From assembly GCF_006345805.1 (NCBI RefSeq), contig NC_043011.1:49612464-49676463 (forward strand): a stretch of DNA of 64,000 nucleotides, in the 5' to 3' direction. The position numbers and the translations under genes were made by a program. Shown piece by piece: positions 27,740-37,404 of the stretch (position 1 is its first letter; each line of letters starts with the position of its first letter). The DNA comes from Octopus sinensis (taxonomy: Eukaryota). The notes beneath the pieces are model-generated. The model searched no databases. It was given only the letters and a program-made list of their open reading frames with translations, and had not been told where the DNA came from.

Positions 27740-28197
27740 TATTTATTTCTTTATTGCCCACAAGGGGCTAAACATAGAGGGGACAAACAAGGACAGACAA
27801 AGGGATTAAGTTGACCTCGACGGAATTTGAACTCAGAAAGTAACGGCAGACGAAATACCTATTTCTTTACTACCCACAAGGGGCTAAACATAGAGGGAAC
27901 AAACAAGGACAGACAAAGGGATTAAGTTGACCTTGACGAAATTTGAACTCAGAAAGTAACGGCAGACGAAATACCTATTTCTTTACTACCCACAAGGGGC
28001 TAAACACAGAGAGAACAAACAAGGACAGACAAATGGATTAAGTCGATTATATCGACCCCAGTGCGTAACTGGTGCTTATTTAATGACCCCGAAAGGATGA
28101 AAGGCAAAGTCGACCTCAGCTCAATCTGAACTAAGAACATAGCGGCAGACAAAATACCGCTAAGCATTTCGCCCGGAGTTTCTGCCAGCTCGCCGTC
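27740..28197 (-). mobile_element. SINE family B trimer with two internally deleted 116-bp units
   Basis: Junctions aaatacc|tatttc at 27859/27860 and 27975/27976. Confidence 0.9.
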
Positions 28198-28452
28198 TTC
28201 AAAGCATTTTCTCTAGTGTGCTAACAATTCTACCATCTCGTAACCATAATAATAATCCTTTCTACAATAGGCACAAGGCCTGAAATTTGGGGGGAAGTGA
28301 GATAGTCCATTACATCGACCTCAGTGTACAACTGGTACTCATTTCATCGACCACAAAAGGATGAAAGGTGAAGTTGACCTCGGCAGAATTTGAATTCAGA
28401 ACGTGAAAATGGACGGAATACCGATAAGCATTTCATCCAGTGGGCTAACACG

Positions 28453-28860
28453 AGCTGGCAGAAACGTCAGTACGCCGGGCGAAATGCTTAGCAGTATTTC
28501 GTCTGCTGCTACATTCTGAGTTCAAATTCCGCCAAGGTCGACTTTGCCTTTCATCCTTTCGAGGTCGATAAATTAAGTACCAGTTATGCACTGGGGTCGA
28601 TGTAATTGACTTAATCTGTTTGTCTGTCCTTGTTTGTCCCCTCTGTGTTTAGCTCCTTGTGAGTAGTAAAGAAATATATATTTCGTCTACCGCTACATTC
28701 TGAGTTCAAATTCCGCCGAGGTCGACGTTGCCTTTCGTCCTTTCGGGATCGATTAAATAAGTACCAGAAAATCACTGGGGTCGATATAATCGACTCAATC
28801 CCCTTGTCTGTCCTTGTTTGTCCCCTCTATGTTTAGCCCACTGTGGGCAATAAAGAAATA
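28453..28860 (+). mobile_element. SINE family B dimer
   Basis: Head plus two body+tail units, junction gaaatatata|tttcgtc near 28680. Confidence 0.85.
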
Positions 28861-29527
28861 AATAATAATGATGATAATAATGGTTTTAAAGTTTAGCACA
28901 AGGTCAGCAAGTTTTTTTGGGATGGGATGGTTAAGTCGAATACATTGGCCCCAGTGCTCAGCTGATACTAATTTTATTGACACTGAGAGAAGGAAAGGCA
29001 AAGTTGACTGTGGCTGAATTTGAACACAGTAAAGACGGACATGCCACTAAGTATTTTGCCTGGCATGTGAAAGATTCTGCCAGCTCATCGCCCTACTAAT
29101 AACAACAATAATAAGAGCACTTAGAGAGCGCAAACTTCTGCCAAGGTAACACCAATGTTCTTTCAATGATTAGCCGGAGATGATTTTTAAAATGGGAATA
29201 TCTGAAATAAACTCGACTGCTCTCATAAACGAGAATACTAAAAATGAAACTGACTGCTCTCAAGTAAAAGAAAACAGGAAAAATGATCCAGAATCCTTGT
29301 CCAGTAACAGATCAAGGCCAAAATCTCATCAGTTCGTGCCAGTCATGAGGCCAAACATCCCTGAAAGTTTCATCTGAATCCACTCAACAGTTCTTGAGAT
29401 ATCTTGTCCACGGACATACAAACACAACTAAAAACAATACCTTCACCTTTGTTTAAGGCAGAGGTAATAATAATAATAATGATTTCTTTATTGACCACAG
29501 AGTGTTTCAACTGTGCAAAATGAATAA

Positions 29528-29783
29528 GACGGAAGATAGTGCCAACTAATGTTGACTCCTTGGGGACAGTACAAGAAGGCATCATGAAGAATATAAAGGA
29601 AATGGGAAAAGTGTGTCCAGAAGAGCTTTTACAAAAGGTTTGTCTTCTTGGTACAGCCAGAATCACCAGAAAAATATTAGATAGTTAAAAATGAAAAAAA
29701 AAAAGAGAGCATGGTACCGTAGGCTTCAGGTAACAATCCTGCTATTCATACAAGATTCCATAAATCCCAACAAAACCAGAGTT
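29528..29783 (+). mobile_element. R4/Dong-clade non-LTR 3' fragment
   Basis: Translates to RKIVPTNVDSLGTVQ...LLQKVCLLGTARITRKIL*, the conserved C-terminus of these REL-endonuclease elements; ends in aataataat. Confidence 0.75.
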
Positions 29784-30180
29784 AAAATAATAATCCATTC
29801 TGTTTTAGCAGTATTTCGTCTGACTTTACATTCTGAGTTCAAATTCCGCCGAGGTCGACTTTGCCTTTCATCCTTTCGGGGGTCGATAACTTTAGTACCA
29901 GTTGTGTACTGGGGTCGATCTAATGACTGGCCCCGCTCCCCAAAAACTTCAGGCCCTGTGCCTAGAGTAGAAAAGAATCATCATTTCTGTTAAATGCACA
30001 AGGCCTGAAATTTGGGGGCGGTAGGATTCGACCCCAGTGTTATTGACTCCGAAAGGATGAAAAGCAAGATCGGTCTTAGCAGAATTTGAACTCAGAACGT
30101 AAAGACAGGCAAAATGTCACTAAGCATTTTGCCTGGTGTGCTTATTCAGCCAGCCTGCCACCTTAATAATAATAATAATA

Positions 30181-30932
30181 ATGCCCTGATACAGTACCAG
30201 ACAGTGGCTCTCATGGCTCCTGATCTTATCTGATTGGAAGTGTTATCATGTACATTGTTTTATCTTGGTATAAAAGATGGGCTACAGCAAATATTCTGCT
30301 CAATACCAGAGATTTGTTTGCCAGTTGTTTGACCGTAACCAGTTGACCATGTCCCTTTGTGGCTAACGATATGTGCATCACTGATCATGAGCAAAAGTAG
30401 TGAGAAGCATTATAGCCGTGTGTTGAGAGGGATTCTTTGGGGTTTGGATAATTCACCTTTGGAAGCATGGGTGGTTCACTCAACATTCTTAAACCACCCT
30501 TATTCAGAGACCTTTTGAGCACGATGGGCTACTCGACCAGAAGAAAATTCTACTGGGCCCCACCTGCAAGGTCATGCGCTGTTTATCTTGATATGAGATC
30601 ACCATGTCGTACACATATGGTTGTGATGCATGTGCCTGGTGTACCCTTATCAGACGGGTAGTCATGATGGGTATACTGGGCTTCATATATTTTACCCCAG
30701 TGTCACTTTGATGGCATGCACTGCTCTCTCACTCAATAATAATAATAAATAATAATGATAATTGCAAGGACATGCGCTGTTTATCTTGATATGAGATCAC
30801 CATGTCGTACATATATGGTTGTGATGCATGTGCCTGGTGTACCCTTATCAGATGGGTAGTCATGATAGGTATACTGGACTTCGTATATTTTACCCCAGTG
30901 TCACTTTGATGGCATGCACTGCTCTCTCACTC
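30181..30932 (+). mobile_element. TAA-flanked ~555-bp element plus linked 170-bp 3' partial copy (752-bp composite)
   Basis: atgccctgat...ctctcactc(aat)n at 30181-30734, then a 3' partial at 30763-30932; the same structure occurs at 36610-37361. Confidence 0.9.
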
Positions 30933-32055
30933 AATAATAATAATCCTTTCTATTATAGACACAAGACCTGAAATTTGGGGGAAGTCTTGTACTTATTTTA
31001 TTGATCCCCAAATGATGAAAGGCAAAGTCAACCTGGACGGCCGGATGAAATGTTGCTAAGCATTTTATCTGGCATACCACAAGAGCAGAGCAAAGGAGTA
31101 GGACAAAACAAACAAAAAAAAAACAGGCATGTTTTTCACATCACATAAAAAGAAAACGAAATCAATGTCAACAAAGACAGCCTTGGCCTACGCATCAGGG
31201 GTGAGGGGGCAATAACTCAGACATTTCAGGGTACATCTCATACAAGCATAGTACCCTGATTACTCAGAGGGTATCACAGCTATAATTGCCGTCAATCAGT
31301 TTCTCTTGCCTTTCACCAATTGAGGAAGATATTCATTTACTTGTTTCAGTCATTTGACTCCGGCCATGCTGGAGCACCACCTTTTTGGAGTTTTTTTTTT
31401 CTTTTTTGGGATAGCTGTTTCTTGATGTTCCAATATTTTATAGGAAAAGTAATGGGGTAACGATCTTACTCCCTAGTGTATTACTGTGTTAAATAGAACG
31501 GAAATTACGATTGAGAGCGAGAGAGAAAAGTAAGTAAGAAAGAAAGGAAGACAGGAAGAGAAAAAAGGAGGAAGGAAGAAGGAAAGAAAAAGAAATGGAG
31601 AGAGAGAAAGAAAATAAGAAAATTTCAAAATTCCAATTTTTTTTTCCAATTATTTCAAGGGACAGCTGCTATTCGAAGAGTCGGCTTTTTCCAAATCACA
31701 AGACCTACCCCAAGATATTGGAGACAGACAAGTGAAAAGACGAAATATAACGGAAGCAACGAGAAATAACTAAGGTGGGGGGTTATAACGGGTGAGAAAA
31801 AAAAAATGGGTGGAGTGGAGAGCAACAGCAATAATGATTATTAGTAATGGTAATTAATAATAAAAAATAAACCGGAATAGGTATGAGGAAATGGTTTTTG
31901 GCACACACGAGCGATTGAAAAGAATTCATTACACACACACATACATACGTGTGTGTGTATGTGAGAGAGAGAGAGAGAGGTTACTAATAAGTAGAAATGT
32001 GTGAATGTAGAAATAGAGATGTTCTATACTGAAGAGAGAGAGCGTGCATAATATA

Positions 32056-32146
<91 letters not shown>

Positions 32147-32158
32147 CATATATATATA

Positions 32159-32203
<45 letters not shown>

Positions 32204-33045
32204 TATACCATACATATATATATACATGTACATACACATATATATATACATATGTATAAATATATATATACACACACATATATATATACACATATATACA
32301 TATACACACATATATATATACACACACATATATATACACATATACATATATGTACACATATTTATACACACATATATATACACACACACATATATATATA
32401 TATACACACACACACATATATATATATACACACACATATACACAGATATATACATATATTTATACACACACATATATAGTGAGAGAGAGAATTATCAATT
32501 AGTGGAAAGAAATTGATATTTCATTTTCAATTCATACGCATGTCCCGCAAATGAGTTTCAAAAGCGACAATGTGTGAAGGGTGGGTGTATGCAGAAGAGA
32601 AAAGCGCCTACAGTCAATACAAGGACTGGTTGTTGTTATGTTTCTCGAACCCGGAAGAACTCTGGAAGAGAACAGCACTTCACTGAGAAACGGAAAAAGA
32701 ATTAAGTTAACTGAGGCAAAAATATTTCCACCAGTTCTACGGGGCACACCGCTTTTATAAGCCATATATACATATTATATATATATATCATATATTCTTT
32801 ATTAGCTATTCACCAGCCCTGAAATCAAAGTCCGAATCAGTCCGTCGGTAGAATTCGGTTTTTGACAGCTAAAGTTCAGGTTTACCCTATTATTATCCTA
32901 GCAGCACAATTTAGCGCACGCACATCTTATACACGCACAGACACCCACACGTACGCATTGCCTTTAAATGTTATAAATATTATGAATAATAGAGAAAGAA
33001 CTGAAGGAAGGAAAGAGAAATGTTCTCTCTTCCATGCAAACTAAC

Positions 33046-33128
33046 CAGTTGGTGTTGGTTTTATCGTCTGCGACGTCCCTGTAGGCTTCTAGTAACGAAT
33101 CCCGGTTGGTAGAGAGATCTATCGCCAT
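33046..33128 (-). CDS. DBNL: First coding exon of drebrin-like protein / Abp1 (ADF-H domain N-terminus)
   Basis: MAIDLSTNRDSLLEAYRDVADDKTNTN-W aligns with the DBNL N-terminus (human [28 protein letters not shown], recalled); 83 coding nt end in a phase-2 GTTAGT donor splitting the Trp codon, which matches my recollection of human exon 1. Confidence 0.85.
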
Positions 33129-33800
33129 GTTTACTACTACAAAGGCATGAGGAGTGTGCGTGTGTTCTACGTCATTGATATGTGTGTACATAAAACATTG
33201 CAGAAGATAGGAGTGTATTTGGTGTGTGAAACGTCACTGAAGTATGAGTTTTACGTGGGCGTAAGTATAAACGTTAGAGAGGATAGGCTTTCATTGTTTG
33301 GATGTATAATTCGTACATGCTGCACCGACCGGTCTTTTCACCTGGCTTCCGTATATCTGGAATTTCCAGAAATACTGTGTAATATCATGCAGTATATCGT
33401 ACCTTGTACTGAGGAAACAGACCCAGTTTTTGAAGTTGCTTAATTTGCACACGGTGTGTTAAAAATAGTTTTGTATTAAACATACCCTGCTTCAAAAGCG
33501 TATTAATTTGTACCTGCATCTGTTAAAGAAATTGATGGTCTTAACCTTTACCTTCAAATAATTTTAACCCTTTAGACATTATACTGTATACGCGTCACAG
33601 TATGATATATCTTAAGAATTTTAAGTGGATTAATAAATATCAAACAGACCATTTATAGAAAGCAATTAATCCGAAACTGTTAAATACAGTTTTGGTTCTT
33701 TACTTTTCTTAGTTTATTTTAAATTCTAAGTTTATATTTCAACTCTCTTGAAAACCGGAAAATCCAGAAATCCGGAATACTTTCGGTCCCAAGCTTGCCA
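33129..33800 (-). promoter_or_regulatory. Putative 5' UTR/promoter of DBNL
   Basis: Largely repeat-free block upstream of the ATG with TGACGT half-sites and CCGGAA (ETS-like) motifs at ~33754-33778; TSS not determinable. Confidence 0.4.
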
Positions 33801-33817
33801 GATATTTGGTCAAGTAA

Positions 33818-33855
<38 letters not shown>

Positions 33856-34132
33856 AAATATTGGAGGGTGGCTTCGGGTGTTGCTGTATATAGATTACAG
33901 AGTACGGTGGGGACAGTTAAGTGCGGTGTCTGTGTAGAACGTCATTGATGTGTGTGTCTATAAACATACAAAATAGAGTGGGAGTCTACTGTTTGTGTAC
34001 TATGTCACTCATATGTGTGTAATTAACTGTTTTCGTAGAAGTACAAGGTCAGAAATTTTGCGGTGGGTGTAGACTAATTTATATCGTCTCCAGCAGTAGA
34101 CTGGTAGTTTAAAGTGTGTATGTGTGACGCAC

Positions 34133-34790
34133 AGAAGTGGCAGTGCGGTAAGAAGTTTGCTTCCTAACCACAGGGTTGCGAGTTCAATCCACCTCCATGA
34201 CACCTTGATCAGGTGTCTTCTGGGGCGACTAAAGCCTTGTGAGTGGATTTAGTACACGTATTTCTTTACTACCCACGAGGGGCTAAACACAGAGGGGACA
34301 AACAAGGACAGACAAACAAATTAAGTCGATCACATCGAACCAGTGCGAAACTGGTACTTTATTTATCGACCCCGAGAGGATGAAAGGCAAAGTCGACCTC
34401 GGCGGAATTTGAACTCAGAACGTAACGGCAGACGAAATACGGTTACGCATTTCGCCCGGCGTGCTAACGATTCTGCCAGCTCGGAAAGCGAAAAAAGCCG
34501 GTCGTATATATATATGGGTGTGTGGTAAGTAGATTGCTTACCAGCCACATGGTTCCGGGTTCATTCTGGTTGTCTGTCTGTATGTCTCCCACTGCCGCTT
34601 GACGACCGGCGTGTTTACACCCTCATAACCTAATGGTTTCGGCCAAATAGACTGACAGAATAAGTACTCGGCTTTAAAAGTAAAGAATGTATCTGGGGGA
34701 TGATGGGGGCGATTCATTCGACTTCAAAAAATTTTCTTCAAGGTGGTGTTCCAGCATGGCCGCAGTCAAATAACCGAAACAAGTAAAAGA
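34133..34790 (+). mobile_element. Diverged SINE family A with a nested SINE B (34258-34482, minus)
   Basis: Family A head and tail segments split by a tail-2 family B copy. Confidence 0.75.
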
Positions 34791-34871
34791 TATGAGATAA
34801 AGGTGAGTGGAAACCATACCTACACAAACGTGCCCTCTCCCGACTTTATTTCCTCGCAACTTTCACAATGC

Positions 34872-35283
34872 TCTTTACTCCTTTACTTGTTTCAGTCATT
34901 TGACTGCGGCCATGCTGGAGCACCACCTTTAGTCGAGCATATCGACCCCAGGACTTATTCTTTGGAAGCCTTGTACTTACTCTGTCGGTGTCTTTTGCCG
35001 AACCGCTAGGTTACGGGAACGTAAACACACCAGCATTGGTTGTCAATTGGTTGGCGGCGGGGGGGGGGGACAAACACAGACAGATAGACACAGACACATA
35101 TATACATATACATATATACGACAGGCTTCTTTTCAGTTTCCGTCTACCAAATCCACTCACAAGGCTTTGGTCGACCCGAGGCTATAGTAGAAGACACTTG
35201 CCCAAGGTGCCACGCAGTGGGACTGAACCTGGAACCATGTGGTTGGTAAGCAAGCTACTTACCACACAGCCACTCCTGCACCT
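34872..35283 (-). mobile_element. SINE family A, full length
   Basis: Reverse complement of the consensus. Confidence 0.9.
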
Positions 35284-35446
35284 ATAACGGATATTTAATT
35301 ATGAAATTGTCAACAAATACCTTTCTGACGGTGTAGATTCCAATTATATGGGAATTTAGTGTGTGTGAGTGAGAGGGGAATGCAAAATAGTGAACCTGCA
35401 CACCTACATACTGATACTCCTCATATATATCTACAGGGGAGGCGCA

Positions 35447-35805
35447 ATGGCCCAGTGGTTAGGGCAGCGGACTCGCGGTCATAGGATCGCGGTTTCGATT
35501 CCTAGACCGGGCGTTGTGAGTGTTTATTGAGCGAAAACACCTAAAGCTCCACGAAGCTCCGGCAGGGGATGGTGGTGATCCCTGCTGTACTCTTTCACCA
35601 CAACTTTCTCTCACTCTTACTTCCTGTTTCTGTTGTACCTGTATTTCAAAGGGCCGGCCTTGTCACTCTGTGTGTCACGCTGAATATCCCCGAGAACTAC
35701 ATTAAGGGTGCACGTGTCTGTGGAGTGCTCAGCCACTTACACGTTAATTTCACGAGCAGGCTGTTCCGTTGATTCGGATCAACCGGAGCCCTCGTCGTCG
35801 TAACC
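35447..35805 (+). mobile_element. SINE family C
   Basis: ggaggcgcaatggcccagtggttagggcag head; near-identical to 40965-41352. Confidence 0.9.
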
Positions 35806-35864
35806 CTTTCCGAAAGAAAGATGGTGGATGATGTACTCAATGGATTCAGCTGATAGGCGAATCC

Positions 35865-36524
35865 GTCCTATTCAAACGGACAAGAAGTTGGAAAATTACA
35901 GACCAGACATAACATTTATAGATAAGGAAAAGTGAAGTTGCTTACTTATCGACCTCACATACTCATTTGATTTTAGGGTTTTAAGAAAGAGGAAGAAAAA
36001 CCAAAAGAATGCAGTCCCTTAAAATTTAAAATAGGAAGAGTTTGGAGCAGTGCTTTTCAAACTTTTTGCTGGAGCGGAACCCCAAGGAAACATTCCACTG
36101 GCTCGAGGAACCCCTGTGCAATAATTTAATAGTTTTTATGCACACATATCTGCACAGGGGACTTAAAAATTACTGCCGATTTTAGCAGTTTTGTAACTTC
36201 TTGCGGAACCCCTGCACTGTACTGGCGGAACCCTAGTTGAAAACCACTGGTCTGGAGCATGCGAACAATAAAGGTCGTGCCTATAATTATTGATGCGCTG
36301 GGAAGAGTAAGCAAAAATATAGACAAATGGCCGAAGGAGACTGAAATAGAATGCCCGGTAAATATCCTACAGAAAATTTTTCTCTTAGGGACTGCAAGGA
36401 TTATCATGAGGGTTTTAAGCACTTTAAACGCTGCCGAAAATGTGTGGATACTTAAGGTTACAGGTAGTAACCCGCTACCCACATACATCCTACCATGAAC
36501 AAGACCGACCTCAAGCCAAACCGA

Positions 36525-36526
<2 letters not shown>
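35865..36526 (+). mobile_element. R4/Dong-clade 3' fragment (REL domain) split by a hAT MITE
   Basis: IQTDKKLENYRPDIT..IDKEK*SCLLIDL...[MITE]...KVVPIIIDALG...LQKIFLLGTARIIMRVL; followed by (AAT)n. Confidence 0.8.
36048..36249. mobile_element. hAT/Charlie-like MITE (202 bp)
   Basis: TIRs cagtgcttttcaa / ttgaaaaccactg; 8-bp TSD gtttggag / gtctggag. Confidence 0.85.
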
Positions 36527-36564
<38 letters not shown>

Positions 36565-36575
36565 TAATAATAATA

Positions 36576-36609
<34 letters not shown>

Positions 36610-36611
<2 letters not shown>

Positions 36612-37361
36612 GCCCTGATGCAGTACCAGGCAGTGGCTCTCATGGCTTCTGATCTTAACTGATTGGAAGTGATCATGTACATTGTTTTGTCTTGGTATAA
36701 AAGATGGGCTACAGCAAATATTTGCTCAATACCACAGATTTGCTTGTCAGTTGTTTGACCTTAACCAGTTGAGCATGTCCCTTAGTGGCTGACGATGTGT
36801 GCATCTCTGATCACGAGCAGAAGTAGTGGGGGATAATCATAGCCATGTGTGAGAGAAGGATTCTTTGGAGCTTGAATAATTCACCTCTGGAAACATGGGT
36901 GGTTCTTTCAACATCCTTAAACAACTCTTATTCAGGGACCTTTTGAGCGGGATGGGCAACTCAACCAGATGAAAATTCTAACTGGGCCCCACCTGCAAGG
37001 TCATGTGCTGTTTGTCTTGATATGAGATCACCATGTCGCGCACATATGGTTGTGATGCATGTGCCTGGTGTACCTTTATCAGACGGGTAGTCATGATGGG
37101 TATACTGGGCTTCATATATTTTACCCCAGTGTCACTTTGATGGCATGCACTGCTCTCTCACTCAATAATAATAATAAATAATAATGATAATTGCAAGGAC
37201 ATGCGCTGTTTATCTTGATATGAGATCACCATGTCGCACACATATGGTTGTGATGCATGTGCCTGGTGTACCTTTATCAGACGGGTAGTCATGATGGGTA
37301 TATTGGGCTTCGTATATTTCACCCCAGTGTCACTTTGATGGCATGAACTGCTCTCTCACTC
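36610..37361 (+). mobile_element. Second 752-bp composite of the TAA-flanked element
   Basis: Full copy at 36610-37163 and 3' partial at 37191-37361, with the same linker as at 30735-30762. Confidence 0.9.
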
Positions 37362-37404
37362 AATAATAATAATAATAATAATAATAGTAATAATAATAAT
37401 AATA

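Noticed and set aside
27740-28197. Repeat-spacer look-alike (CRISPR-like array)
   Set aside because: Units are tandem SINE pieces with no unique spacers, in a eukaryotic context with no cas genes.
35447-35520. tRNA genes at SINE heads (also 3755, 13565, 40965, 53950, 61100)
   Set aside because: A/B-box-like heads continue into SINE bodies and I could not form complete cloverleaves.
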